A stretch of 64,000 bases of DNA, from positions 7,627 to 71,626 of the forward strand of contig JAZUSI010000064.1 of the NCBI GenBank assembly GCA_045606665.1, in the 5' to 3' direction. Position numbers and translations under genes: made by a program. Source of the stretch: Christensenellaceae bacterium. GTDB taxonomy: Bacteria > Bacillota > Clostridia > Christensenellales > Borkfalkiaceae. Position 1 is the first letter of the stretch. Each line of letters starts with the position of its first letter. The notes below the pieces were generated by a model. It did no database searches. It was not told the origin of the DNA and saw only the letters and a program-made list of their open reading frames with translations. Shown piece by piece: positions 50,748 to 60,987 of the stretch.

Positions 50748-50776
50748 ATTATAGCAACAACGGGCAAATTTATCAA
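50748..50776 (-). promoter_or_regulatory. sigma-A promoter of proS
   Basis: On the minus strand: TTGATA, a 17-nt spacer, then TATAAT. Confidence 0.65.
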
Positions 50777-50805
50777 GTTTTTTCTTCAATAATACAGAAA
50801 AAGGC

Positions 50806-50834
50806 TTGAAAAACAATTGAAGTTCAGTTATAAT
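50806..50834 (+). promoter_or_regulatory. sigma-A promoter of tkt
   Basis: TTGAAA, a 17-nt spacer, then TATAAT. Confidence 0.65.
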
Positions 50835-50910
50835 ATATATTGTATCACGAAGGCTAAGCTCATTTTTTGAGCAAAAAATAAAAAGCCACTCGTATTTTGG
50901 AGGTTTTACT

Positions 50911-52881
50911 ATGCAAGACACAAAACAACTTACCGTTAACGCTATAAGAGTGCTTTCTGCAGAAGCAATCCAAAAAGCTAATTCAGGTCACCCTGGTTTG
51001 CCACTTGGTGCAGCACCTATCGGCTATGCGGCATTTACTAACATGACTTTTAACCCAAAGGATACCACTTTTGATAATAGAGATAGATTCGTTCTTTCTG
51101 CTGGTCACGGTTCTATGCTTGATTATGCACTTTATTATCTCTTTGGCTTTGGTTTAACAAAAGAAGATATTATGAATTTCCGTCAACTCGGTTCAATCAC
51201 AGCTGGCCACCCAGAATATGGCGTATGCCCAGGCGTTGAAACAAGTACCGGTCCACTCGGTCAAGGTATTGCCAACGCAGTTGGTATGGCTATCGCTGAA
51301 GATTACCTTGCTAATAAGTTCAACAGAGAAGGCTTCCCTATCGTTGACCACTACACCATCGCTCTTTGTGGTGACGGTTGTATGCAAGAAGGTATCGAAA
51401 ACGAAGCAGCATCACTCGCTGGCTCACTTAAACTCGGCAAACTCATCGTTTTATACGATGACAACGATATCACTATCGAAGGCGACACGGACATCACCTT
51501 TACTGAAAACGTTGGCAAACGTCACGAAGCTATGGGTTGGCAAGTTATAAACGTTAAGGACGCTAACGATTTAGGCGCTCTTAATCGTGCCATCAAAAAA
51601 GCAAAGGCTGAAAAGGAAAAACCATCACTTATTATCATCAAATCACAAATCGGTTATGGCTCACACCTTGTTGGCAAGGCTTCTTGCCACGGCGCTCCTC
51701 TCGGTGAAGAAGGCGTTGCAACCTTAAAGAATAACCTCGGTTGGACAAGCGCTCCATTTGAAGTTCCTGAAGAAGTATTTAAACACTGCAAGAAGTTCGG
51801 CGCTAAGGGTAGAAGAGCTCAAAAGGCTTGGAAGGCAATGTTCAAGGCTTATAGCGAACAATATCCAGAACTTGCAAAAGAATATATCGCATGGAAGAAG
51901 AAAGAACTTCCTGACCTCAAGGCTATCGAAGAATTATGGCAATTTGAAAAGGACGATGCTTCAAGAGGCTACAGCCACACCGTTCTAAATAAGCTTGCTA
52001 ATTACGTTCCAAGTTTAATCGGTGGTTCTGCTGACCTTGGTCCTGCAAACAAATCTAACATGAAGTCAAGAGGCGACTATTTGCCAACTGATAAGTCTGG
52101 TTCAAATATGCACTTCGGTATTCGTGAACACGCAATGGCTGCTATCGTTAACGGTATGTATTTACACGGTGGTCTTATCCCATACTGCGCAACTTTCGCT
52201 GTTTTCTCAGATTATATGAAAAATGCTATGCGTATGTCTGCAATTATGGAATTGCCTGTTATCTATATCTTGTCACACGACTCTATCGGTGTTGGCGAAG
52301 ACGGACCTACACACCAACCTGTTGAACACCTCGCAGGACTTCGTGCAATGCCAAACATGAAAGTTTATCGTCCAGCAGACGGCAGAGAAACAACTGCTGC
52401 TTGGATTGATGCTTTAACTGGCAAAGAACCATCTTGTATCGTTGTATCACGTCAAACTCTCCCAATGCTTGAAGGAACTGGCGAAAAAGCATTCAAGGGT
52501 GGTTATATCCTTGCTGATAGCAACAAGAAAGTTCCAGATGCTATCCTTATCGCAACTGGTAGTGAAGTTAACCTTGCTGTTAGCGCTAAGAAAGTTCTCG
52601 CCGAACAAGGCGTTGACGTTAGAGTCGTTTCTATGCCTTGCGTTGAAGTATTTGAAAAGCAAAGCGAAAAATACAAACAAAGCGTTCTTCCAAACGGCGT
52701 TCGTGCAAGAGTTGCAATCGAAGCAGGCTCTCCAATGTGCTGGTATAAATACGTTGGCTTAGACGGAAAGATTATCGGTATGGAAACGTTTGGTGAATCA
52801 GCACCTGCTGGTAAACTCTTTGCTAAATACGGCTTTACCGTTGATAAAGTTGTTGAAGCAGTTAACGAAATCGTTAAATAG
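50911..52881 (+). CDS. tkt: transketolase
   Basis: 656 aa with SGHPG, GDGCMQEG (ThDP motif) and EDGPTHQP. Confidence 0.97.
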   Translation: MQDTKQLTVNAIRVLSAEAIQKANSGHPGLPLGAAPIGYAAFTNMTFNPKDTTFDNRDRFVLSAGHGSMLDYALYYLFGFGLTKEDIMNFRQLGSITAGHPEYGVCPGVETSTGPLGQGIANAVGMAIAEDYLANKFNREGFPIVDHYTIALCGDGCMQEGIENEAASLAGSLKLGKLIVLYDDNDITIEGDTDITFTENVGKRHEAMGWQVINVKDANDLGALNRAIKKAKAEKEKPSLIIIKSQIGYGSHLVGKASCHGAPLGEEGVATLKNNLGWTSAPFEVPEEVFKHCKKFGAKGRRAQKAWKAMFKAYSEQYPELAKEYIAWKKKELPDLKAIEELWQFEKDDASRGYSHTVLNKLANYVPSLIGGSADLGPANKSNMKSRGDYLPTDKSGSNMHFGIREHAMAAIVNGMYLHGGLIPYCATFAVFSDYMKNAMRMSAIMELPVIYILSHDSIGVGEDGPTHQPVEHLAGLRAMPNMKVYRPADGRETTAAWIDALTGKEPSCIVVSRQTLPMLEGTGEKAFKGGYILADSNKKVPDAILIATGSEVNLAVSAKKVLAEQGVDVRVVSMPCVEVFEKQSEKYKQSVLPNGVRARVAIEAGSPMCWYKYVGLDGKIIGMETFGESAPAGKLFAKYGFTVDKVVEAVNEIVK

Positions 52882-52898
52882 TTTAACCTAAAGCAAAT

Positions 52899-52932
52899 CA
52901 AACGCTCGCTTATTGTTAAGCGAGCGTTTTTA
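52899..52932 (+). terminator. intrinsic terminator of tkt
   Basis: The stem AAACGCTCGCTTA/TAAGCGAGCGTTT is followed by a T-run. Confidence 0.85.
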
Positions 52933-52990
52933 TTTTGTCATTATAATTTTTCAAAGAAAAAGCAAGGCGATTTGCCTTGCTTTATTTGAT

Positions 52991-54874
52991 TTATCCGAGC
53001 GCTTGTTCGGCTTGCCTTAGGCTAATTTCGTTTAGTTGTTTTAACTGATAGAACTTGCCTTTCTTCGCCATAAGTTCACCATAAGTTCCACACTCAACCA
53101 TTTCACCCTGTTCCATAACCACAATCCTATCAGCATCGCGAATAGTTGAAAGTCTGTGAGCAACGATAAAGGTCGTTCTTCCCTTTATTGAAGAAGATAT
53201 TGCTTTTTGCACGTGGTATTCGGAAATATTGTCAAGCGCGCTGGTCGCTTCATCTAAAACGAGAATTTTTGGGTTTCTAATAAGTGCTCTTGCAATGGTT
53301 ATTCTCTGACGTTGCCCACCAGAAAGTTTTACACCGTGCTCGCCGACTTCTGTGTCAAGTCCGTTTGGCAAATCTTTTATAAACTCTGTTATATTTGCCA
53401 TTTCCACAACTCTATTCAAATCTTGTTCAGTATATCTATCAAGCCCATAGGTTATGTTTTCGCGAATAGTCCCAGGGAAAAGCACGCTCATTTGTGGAAC
53501 GACTGATATGTGATGCCTATATTCTGAAAGATTAAGGTCAGTGATTGCGTTTCCATCAATTGAAAGTTTTCCACTATTCGGCATCATAAAACCGATGATT
53601 AAATTCATAAGCGTGGATTTACCAGACCCCGATGCACCCACAACCGCAATGCACTCACCTTGTCTTACGTCAAGCGTGAAGTTGTGAACAACGTCTTGTT
53701 CAGACTTTGGATAACGATAGCACACGTTTTCAAACCTGACGTCACCATTAATTGATGGAATATTTTTCTTGCCTATACTAATTTCAACGTCAGACGCGTT
53801 CATTACTTCAGAAATAGAGTCTAGCGATTCTGCCCCCGATGCTATTGTCGGAGCAATATTGGTTAACGCCATAATAGAACTGCTTATTTGTGAAAACATC
53901 GTTTGATAAAGAATTATATCGCCCACACCGATTATTTTATTAAGCGCCAAAAACACACAAAAAATAACGCAAACACTTTTCAACAACTCGTTTACCACCC
54001 AAACGGCAGAGCCAAATACTGAAAGCCTTTTGTCAATGCGTAGCCCCGCGCCTGTAAGGTCTCGAATTTTCTTATTGAAGGAACTTATTTCAGAGCTTTC
54101 CAAGCCATGAGATTTAGTGACCGGAATCATTTCAAGCATAGTGTTCATCTTTGCGCCCATTGCTTCGTTCTTCAAGCGATATTCTCTATACCCTGCACGC
54201 AATTTTTTGTTAAATGCCTTGCTTATAAGCACGTTCATCGGTATAACGATTACAAAGAAGATGGAAACTATCCACCCTTTTTCGTTGCTGAAAATGGTAA
54301 TTCCCGTCGAAACGATTATCCCTATTACGCACGGAATTAAACTGAACATAATGGTGTGCATAAGCGTGTCAATCGATTCAACGTCCTTTAAAAATTTAGA
54401 CTGAATTCTACCCGATTGCATATCGTTATGATAGGTAATAGATAAATGCTGAAGTTTTCTAACAACCGAAGATTTAATCGCAGCACTAGTTTGCCTATTC
54501 ATTTTACTGACCACACGCCACCTTAACATAGTGCCGGGGATATTTAACATTATGCACGCAAATATTACAACGGCGTTTATCACAATGGTTTGAATAACTT
54601 GAGCCGTCACGCCCGCCCCACTACTTATTACCAGAGTTATAACGTTTATAATGTTTGCCGTCAGCAATGGTGTAATCCAAACAGGTAAGTTTTGAAAAAT
54701 CAATAAAAACGAAGATGTAATGATAGGTTTTCTATTAATTCTTAAAACTTTTTTAAAAAAACCTTTTTTCCGTTTAGATTTTTTAGCCACGTTTTGCTCG
54801 TTAAAAAGGTGGTCGTAATCGGGGATTATAAAGTCGCTTCGCTTAATGGTCTCCTTTCCTTCAGTGTTTTTCAT
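52991..54874 (-). CDS. ABC exporter, fused permease/ATPase (MsbA/multidrug type)
   Basis: 627 aa with an N-terminal 6-TM domain, Walker A GASGSGKST, signature LSGGQRQR and LVLDEATS. Confidence 0.9.
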   Translation of the reverse strand: MKNTEGKETIKRSDFIIPDYDHLFNEQNVAKKSKRKKGFFKKVLRINRKPIITSSFLLIFQNLPVWITPLLTANIINVITLVISSGAGVTAQVIQTIVINAVVIFACIMLNIPGTMLRWRVVSKMNRQTSAAIKSSVVRKLQHLSITYHNDMQSGRIQSKFLKDVESIDTLMHTIMFSLIPCVIGIIVSTGITIFSNEKGWIVSIFFVIVIPMNVLISKAFNKKLRAGYREYRLKNEAMGAKMNTMLEMIPVTKSHGLESSEISSFNKKIRDLTGAGLRIDKRLSVFGSAVWVVNELLKSVCVIFCVFLALNKIIGVGDIILYQTMFSQISSSIMALTNIAPTIASGAESLDSISEVMNASDVEISIGKKNIPSINGDVRFENVCYRYPKSEQDVVHNFTLDVRQGECIAVVGASGSGKSTLMNLIIGFMMPNSGKLSIDGNAITDLNLSEYRHHISVVPQMSVLFPGTIRENITYGLDRYTEQDLNRVVEMANITEFIKDLPNGLDTEVGEHGVKLSGGQRQRITIARALIRNPKILVLDEATSALDNISEYHVQKAISSSIKGRTTFIVAHRLSTIRDADRIVVMEQGEMVECGTYGELMAKKGKFYQLKQLNEISLRQAEQALG

Positions 54875-54989
54875 TTTTCTATCCGCCTATAATATTAAAG
54901 ACCTTAACTATAAGTTAAAGTCTTTTGGTTGCGTTAAATATAGCATTTAAAAAATGCCTTGTCAAGCCTTTTTTTAAATTTTCTTTTAA

Positions 54990-55448
54990 TTATTTTTTGT
55001 TCTCCAAAAACTCGTAAAGTGCGTTCACACCTTGCTCCACGTCAAATAACGTTGCATTAAAATCTCCTGTCCAATAAGGGTCGGCAACGTCACGTGGAAA
55101 ATCAGTAAAATCCAAAAGTTTACTGCACTTATTGTCTTTATCCACACCAAAAATACGCATCATATTAACAAAGTTTCTTTGATCCATACAAATGAAATAA
55201 TCATACTTATCGTAATCGGCTTTCTTTAAGGTAACTGCGTACTTCTCACTGCAATCTATCCCTCTTTGGTTTAAGATTTTTCTCGTTCCATAATGCACAG
55301 GGTTTCCAAGTTCTTCACTGCTCGTTCCAGATGATGCAATGATATATTCATTTTGCTTGTTATTCTTTTTAACAAGGTCTTTCATTAAAAATTCAGCCAT
55401 AGTCGAACGGCAAATATTACCGTGACAAACAAACATTATTCTATGCAT
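54990..55448 (-). CDS. low-molecular-weight protein-tyrosine phosphatase
   Basis: The P-loop is CHGNICRS (C-x5-R-S) and a DP motif lies near the C-terminus. Confidence 0.9.
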   Translation of the reverse strand: MHRIMFVCHGNICRSTMAEFLMKDLVKKNNKQNEYIIASSGTSSEELGNPVHYGTRKILNQRGIDCSEKYAVTLKKADYDKYDYFICMDQRNFVNMMRIFGVDKDNKCSKLLDFTDFPRDVADPYWTGDFNATLFDVEQGVNALYEFLENKK

Positions 55449-55460
55449 TTTTATTTCCTT

Positions 55461-55799
55461 TTAAGAATCATAATCGTATGGTATTCTGTTTTTCCTTTCG
55501 CCTTTCAAATTCAATATATATCCATCTTCCACCTTGCACCACCAATCTGGATTCTTCTTAGGCAAACCCTCCAAAATCATATCGTCGGTTGCTTTTCCAT
55601 CTTCAACAACCTCCATATCTCGTATGTCAACAATAGCATGTTTATACCACTCGTTTTCATCATGATTGTCGAATATAACCTCAAAAGCATTTTCTCTAAT
55701 TTCGGCGCTCCAAATTGTGCCTATTTCGCCTTTGTGAATGTTCTCCTCTAAATACTCTTTTTTATTACAAAGTATTTTTACTTTATCATATATTTTCAT
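55461..55799 (-). CDS. hypothetical protein with a DUF4926-like N-terminal half (candidate immunity/antitoxin partner)
   Basis: 112 aa. Its start shares a base with the stop of the upstream gene. The pattern IHKGEIGTIWSAEI...FEVIFDN resembles small SH3-like DUF4926 proteins. Confidence 0.5.
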   Translation of the reverse strand: MKIYDKVKILCNKKEYLEENIHKGEIGTIWSAEIRENAFEVIFDNHDENEWYKHAIVDIRDMEVVEDGKATDDMILEGLPKKNPDWWCKVEDGYILNLKGERKNRIPYDYDS

Positions 55800-56431
55800 T
55801 AAGCCTTTCCTCCAACAAGCGTATTCACTTTTAATTTCCCGTTAGGAAAAATCATACAAGAAGATTTTAAATTAAAGATTTCGCCTTGATGGTCTTTTAT
55901 CCCTTTTAGTTTTATATATAATGTAATTTTGAATCCGAATTTATTATGTATTTTTCTCTTATACTTTCCTAAAACATAGGCTTCTCTCATCGCAAACTGC
56001 AGTTCATTTAATAATAAACCTATATCTTCATCTTTGTAACCCCAACTGTGAATCCAATGAATCTTGTCTTTCAACAACCACCATATTTTGCCCTGTTCTA
56101 TAATAAAACTTATTTCATCATAATTAGGTTTGCTAACTGCGATTTTTTTGCAATGACAATGTGGATGATAAAGCCCACGATTTAGTAACGGTATTTCTTG
56201 CAAACTATATTTCCCATAATCAAACTCAACAGGTTTTTTGTCTTCTTCATTCTTAAAACAACAATTGTTTACGCTTACACACAAAGCACAATGTGTTTTG
56301 GTTATTTCTTCATCAACACCCGTTTCATAAGGAAAATCTTCTATAGTAAATCCCGATTTGTTGTCGTTTATTTTTATCCAATCGCTAAACTTCGCTGTCA
56401 ACCTTTCTTGGATATTATCAAATATACCCAT
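55799..56431 (-). CDS. hypothetical protein carrying a phage MuF/SPP1-gp7-type Cys...HPxCxC motif and an unassigned C-terminal domain
   Basis: 210 aa. The motif reads THCALCVSVNNCCF...LYHPHCHCKKI. No prophage context is visible. Confidence 0.5.
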   Translation of the reverse strand: MGIFDNIQERLTAKFSDWIKINDNKSGFTIEDFPYETGVDEEITKTHCALCVSVNNCCFKNEEDKKPVEFDYGKYSLQEIPLLNRGLYHPHCHCKKIAVSKPNYDEISFIIEQGKIWWLLKDKIHWIHSWGYKDEDIGLLLNELQFAMREAYVLGKYKRKIHNKFGFKITLYIKLKGIKDHQGEIFNLKSSCMIFPNGKLKVNTLVGGKA

Positions 56432-56557
56432 ATTTTTCTCCTTTATTTTATCATATATTTTAATTTTTTCTATAATTTATCATCTAAATTTTGCAAAATC
56501 AAGGAGATATTACATAGATACAGTAAAATTTTCTCAACAACTTTATCGAAAGCCTTT

Positions 56558-56986
56558 TTATTTTTTATTTTTTCTTGCCTTTTCAATTTCCTTAACCTTT
56601 TTCCAAAGTTTAAGGCTTTCTTCAGGGGTAGAAGGTCTATCTTCTTCCCCAAAAACGTGTGGGTGACGGCGAATAAGTTTATCGGTTAAACCTTGAATAA
56701 CGTTGTTAAAATTAAACGCGCCCCTTTCTTTGGCAACTTGTGCGTTCATCAAAACCTGCAATAAAAGGTCACCTAGTTCTTCACATAAATTTTCATCATC
56801 TTTCTTGTCTATGGCATCAATTACTTCTTGACTTTCGTCAATTAAACATCTTTTTAATGTTTCGTGCGTTTGCGCTCTATCCCACTCGCAACCATTTTCG
56901 CTCCTTAAAATTTCCACAACTTCTAAAAGTTCATCTATATTATGTTTTTGTCCTTCAATAAAAATCTCTCCGTTATGTTCTTTCAT
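56558..56986 (-). CDS. mazG: MazG-family nucleoside triphosphate pyrophosphohydrolase
   Basis: I trimmed the start to MKEHNGEIF, which follows an AGGAG RBS. The sequence contains CEWDRAQTHETLKRCLIDESQEVIDAI and EELGDLLLQV. Confidence 0.85.
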   Translation of the reverse strand: MKEHNGEIFIEGQKHNIDELLEVVEILRSENGCEWDRAQTHETLKRCLIDESQEVIDAIDKKDDENLCEELGDLLLQVLMNAQVAKERGAFNFNNVIQGLTDKLIRRHPHVFGEEDRPSTPEESLKLWKKVKEIEKARKNKK

Positions 56987-57086
56987 TTCGTGCTCCTTTT
57001 TCAAATATATTTTAACATATATGCTTGCTTTTTGCAAGATAAAAGGGCAAACGAAAAATCGTTCGCCCCTATTTAATTTTTTATAT

Positions 57087-58427
57087 TTATTCAGCAACCG
57101 CAATATTTTCTTGTACCTTTTGTTGTTCTATTGCATCTAAAATCTTCTTTTTATCACGATGCGCCGAGTTAATGCAAAGGTTCATCACCACTATTGCAAA
57201 AAGCATAAAGAAGGCAAACACGATGAACGCAACGCTATACCCACCGAAAAGGTCAAAACACATATTTGCAAAAGGTGCGCCGAGTGCAAGCCCTGCAGTA
57301 TTTACCGCCGAGAACACGCCTACAACCTTAATGAAACTTTTATCCCCAAACATCTCACTTGCAAAGAGTGGAAGCATAACCGTCTCTAACGGCAATGCAA
57401 TTGTTCCCGCAACCCCTCTAACGTACGCCAAAATTCTACCCATAACACTGTTGTCGAGTATTGCCAAAGCGCCCAAAGATAAAAACGCACAAACAAAGCA
57501 AAGGTTCATTGTAATTTTAATCCCTGTTCTATCATACATAAAGCCCGTAAAAATTTTCGTACCCATAAGACATAGGCTTGTGACAGTTCCTAAATTTGCA
57601 ACAAATTGCTTGTCAAACCCCAAATCGTACATATGCGGGGTGGCAATTCCACCTAAACCTTGTAGGGACATTCCCGCAAGGAAAATGCAAATCATTGCCA
57701 AGTAATAATAAGGCTTTTTTGCAGTTTCTTTATATTCCATACCAATCCAGCCCGTGCCACGAGCTTTCTTTTTCTTGCCGACCACAAGTTCTTTTTTATC
57801 CACACCTTTTGGTCGTTCCTTAAACAATAATATAACTAGTAAAAGCACAACTGCCAAAATAAGCGCCACAAGTTTATAGGAATTTCTATAACCAAATGGT
57901 TCGTATCCCAATGGGTGATTGCTTGGCTTAAATATTATTGGCGAAATAATTTGAACAGCAACCGCGCCACCAAGTCCGTTTGCAGAAAGAATTAACCCTG
58001 TTATAGTGCCTTTGTTTTTCTTGCACCATACCCCAACAACAGCACTCATCATAGCCGTGCTTGTCCAAGATAAGCCTATGCCAAGTAAAACCGCACCGAT
58101 ATAAAAACCCCACAAGGTCTCTGAGATTGCGCTTACGTATGCAAAACCTATTAAACAGACAAAGCCTGCGATTATGAGTTTTTTAATGCCAAACTTTGCA
58201 ATTAAAAAACCCAAGCAGAGATTTAACATCGTGGTTATCCCATAACGAATAGTATCGGTTAAGGAATATAGACTTCTCTTTATATCTAGCGCCTCGGTTA
58301 TTGCCGTTAGATAATAGGTTTTTCCACTTGAACAAAAACCCAAACTTGTGCAAACGACTAAAAAACTTACGGCAATTATAACCCAAGCATAATCAAAATT
58401 TTTCTTTTTTCCCTTTAACTCTTCCAT
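57087..58427 (-). CDS. MFS transporter
   Basis: 446 aa with about 12 hydrophobic spans and a central basic loop. Confidence 0.8.
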   Translation of the reverse strand: MEELKGKKKNFDYAWVIIAVSFLVVCTSLGFCSSGKTYYLTAITEALDIKRSLYSLTDTIRYGITTMLNLCLGFLIAKFGIKKLIIAGFVCLIGFAYVSAISETLWGFYIGAVLLGIGLSWTSTAMMSAVVGVWCKKNKGTITGLILSANGLGGAVAVQIISPIIFKPSNHPLGYEPFGYRNSYKLVALILAVVLLLVILLFKERPKGVDKKELVVGKKKKARGTGWIGMEYKETAKKPYYYLAMICIFLAGMSLQGLGGIATPHMYDLGFDKQFVANLGTVTSLCLMGTKIFTGFMYDRTGIKITMNLCFVCAFLSLGALAILDNSVMGRILAYVRGVAGTIALPLETVMLPLFASEMFGDKSFIKVVGVFSAVNTAGLALGAPFANMCFDLFGGYSVAFIVFAFFMLFAIVVMNLCINSAHRDKKKILDAIEQQKVQENIAVAE

Positions 58428-58596
58428 TTTGCTTTTCCTCTTTTTTTGAAATTATACTGCTATAAACACAAAAAGTAAAATAAACAAAATAGACTTATCC
58501 ACACAACATGGAAAAAACCGAACAAATTTGTTGAAAAGTTTAGTTGCAAATGCTATAATATTATTGAAATATAGAAAAAACAAGGAAATATTTGGT

Positions 58597-59352
58597 ATGT
58601 TTAACTTTATTGAAGACGCTAATATCACTTCTTCTTTTCATTTACAAACTAAACCATATGGAAAAATCCAAAATAGAAAAACACACGGCTTTATTTTTAG
58701 AATAAGTGGAGAAACTGAATATGATTTTGGCGATAAAAAACTTTATCTAAAACCTAATAACGTCATTTTCTTGCCACAAGGCGCATCTTACGAGTACAGA
58801 CCTTTGCAAAACGATGCTTTTTATACTTCTATAAATTTTACTGCCACCATTGATAACCCCACCCCAGCAATCTTTTCATTAGACGATTTTTATGAAAAGA
58901 ATTTTATATATGAAAGTTTTGCTGACCTTTGGAAATTTGGCGCAACTCACGATAGATATAAATGCCTTTCGGTCTTTTATAATTTTCTTTCTTATCTTTC
59001 AAGAATAGAACACTTAAATCATTTGGATAAAAATAAACATTATATGATTGAGCCTGCGATAGAATATCTAAGGTCACATTTGTTTGATTGCCACCTAAAA
59101 ATAGACAATCTCTCAAAACTATGTTGCATTTCGGACACTTATTTTAGAAAAATTTTTCTTTCAAGATTTGGCGTAAGCCCAAAAGAATACGTGCTTAATC
59201 AACGCATATCCCACGCAAAAGCCATCATAGAAAGTGGCGAGGTCGATAGCATTAGCGAAGCCTCTAAAATGGTGGGCTATAAAGATGCTCTATATTTTAG
59301 TAAAGCTTTCAAAAAAATCTATGGTTTTTCACCATCAACTGTCAATCAGTAA
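58597..59352 (+). CDS. AraC-family transcriptional regulator (cupin plus HTH)
   Basis: The C-terminal HTH region reads ISEASKMVGYKDALYFSKAFKKIYGFSP. The gene is divergent from the MFS gene. Confidence 0.85.
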   Translation: MFNFIEDANITSSFHLQTKPYGKIQNRKTHGFIFRISGETEYDFGDKKLYLKPNNVIFLPQGASYEYRPLQNDAFYTSINFTATIDNPTPAIFSLDDFYEKNFIYESFADLWKFGATHDRYKCLSVFYNFLSYLSRIEHLNHLDKNKHYMIEPAIEYLRSHLFDCHLKIDNLSKLCCISDTYFRKIFLSRFGVSPKEYVLNQRISHAKAIIESGEVDSISEASKMVGYKDALYFSKAFKKIYGFSPSTVNQ

Positions 59353-59354
59353 TT

Positions 59355-59387
59355 AAAAAAGCATAACTAAAAAAGTTATGCTTTTTC
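59355..59387 (+). terminator. intrinsic terminator
   Basis: The stem AAAAGCATAACT/AGTTATGCTTTT is followed by a T-run. Confidence 0.8.
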
Positions 59388-59439
59388 AAGTTTAAAACCT
59401 ATAATAAAAATTCGGTAAAATTTTAACTGAATTATTTAA

Positions 59440-60660
59440 TTAGAATTTATAATCTTTATAAGGGATTTTTGCAATTTCTCTCTTGCCATTATGAATAGTG
59501 TCAAACGTTATGTATTTGCCGTCCCTCGTAAATCTCATATGTAGGTCGCATCTAATATCGCTGTCGTCATTTTCTAAAGGTTCAGAATAAACGTCCATAA
59601 GCTTTCTACATTCGCCAGTTGTTGGATTCATGGCAAAAATTGGGCGATAGTCAGGAAATTCTCTTGGATATCCGTCACCCATAATATATTTTCCGTCTGG
59701 AGCAACCGAACAGTGAATGTCTTTCTTTTGAAGAGAAACGTTTTCTGGTCCTAAATCAACGCCAACTGGTTGATGTTCTTTAATCGTTCCATCCCAGAAG
59801 AAAGAAATTACACCAGCATTGCTATATGAACCAGGTTTTCCAATAGGGTCTGCGTGTGCAATGATTTCATCGTTATTTACCCACCAATAGTGTGAGCAAT
59901 ATTTGTCTTGAAGCAATGACTTAATATTGCCATTCAAATCGCCAACTGCAAGCGTCGTCGTCCAAGGCCAAATACCTTTTCTTGGGAAACGGCGAAGAAG
60001 AATGTTGTATCTGTCTGAATTAGGACTAAAGGTAATGTGGTTAACCAAAATTTTATCTTCAGGTTCATAGCCACTAATCTTTAACATTTCTTCATAATTA
60101 ACCAAAAGTTTTGACTTCCCTGTTTGCATATCAATTAGGAAAATACCATCTTCTTTTGGGCAACCTACGTCATAGAACTTGTCTTTAAAACCAGGGTAGC
60201 CATAACCAGCACGATAGTCAAAAATTCTACTAAAGTTAACAGCCAAACCATATTTACCATCAGGAGAAATGGTTGCAGCTGCCCTATCGGTATATCTAAC
60301 TTCACCGGTCTTTAAGTTATGTATAGCAGTAGCGTAATCGTCTTTTGTCCTAACGTTATAATAAACGATATCATCGTTATCTCTTGAATATTGTAAAAGA
60401 GCGCCTTGTTGAAAGTTCCAAGCCGTTGTCTTTGCAAATGGCGTAAACTTTCTGTTATTTAAAATACCAAGTTCAACTTCATCTTCTGCAACGTTGTCCC
60501 TGTCCATAAAGCTAACTCTGTGGCAAAGATGATTTTGTCCCTTGCTGTCAGTTGCTCTTAGATCATAATAAGCAAAAAAGTAATGATAATCATCATCAGG
60601 TGTTATTATTTCTACTTCATCTGCAGTATAATACTTAGGATTTACATTTATTAGTGCCAT
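59440..60660 (-). CDS. beta-propeller protein (TolB/oligogalacturonate-lyase-like)
   Basis: 406 aa with repeated SPDGKY/TRDGKY blade motifs. The family assignment is tentative. Confidence 0.45.
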   Translation of the reverse strand: MALINVNPKYYTADEVEIITPDDDYHYFFAYYDLRATDSKGQNHLCHRVSFMDRDNVAEDEVELGILNNRKFTPFAKTTAWNFQQGALLQYSRDNDDIVYYNVRTKDDYATAIHNLKTGEVRYTDRAAATISPDGKYGLAVNFSRIFDYRAGYGYPGFKDKFYDVGCPKEDGIFLIDMQTGKSKLLVNYEEMLKISGYEPEDKILVNHITFSPNSDRYNILLRRFPRKGIWPWTTTLAVGDLNGNIKSLLQDKYCSHYWWVNNDEIIAHADPIGKPGSYSNAGVISFFWDGTIKEHQPVGVDLGPENVSLQKKDIHCSVAPDGKYIMGDGYPREFPDYRPIFAMNPTTGECRKLMDVYSEPLENDDSDIRCDLHMRFTRDGKYITFDTIHNGKREIAKIPYKDYKF

Positions 60661-60833
60661 CGTTTTGTTCTCCTATAAAACTTTAAGATTTTTAATTTGA
60701 TAATAATCAGTATTAACCTATTATTTCTTCAATTATATCATGCCAAATTCAGGTTGTCAATAATAAAATCATTTATTAAATACTCATTGTCTCTTTTTTC
60801 TGTTTATCTTAAATCTCACAAATAAAAAGTAAT

Positions 60834-60912
60834 ATCAAACTAACTGCGACTTCTTCCCGTGACCGTCCTAATCGTTCACGATTAGCGGTCTGGGATATGG
60901 TTGTTGCTTACA
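60834..60912 (+). ncRNA. 5S-rRNA-like mini element, copy 1
   Basis: The sequence is ATCAAACTAACTGCG...GACCG-hairpin-CGGTCTGGGATATGGTTGTTGCT. Its 3' part nearly matches the 3' end of the true 5S gene. A second copy lies at 63021-63093. Confidence 0.45.
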
Positions 60913-60914
60913 AA

Positions 60915-60950
60915 AGAAAAGCACCCATATTAAAGGATGCGTTCTTTTTG
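60915..60950 (-). terminator. terminator of the 81-aa repeat-protein gene
   Basis: On the minus strand: the stem GCATCC/GGGTGC followed by a U-rich run. Confidence 0.55.
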
Positions 60951-60987
60951 TCTTACACTCATATAATAGTTGTTATCATTTCTTAAT

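Noticed and set aside
50705-50776. T-box leader upstream of proS, and the longer ORF-track start at 50776.
   Set aside because: A consensus promoter at 50748-50776 leaves a leader of only ~40 nt, too short for a T-box. No specifier or T-box sequence is visible. The ATG at 50704 has a proper RBS and gives the conserved ProRS N-terminus.
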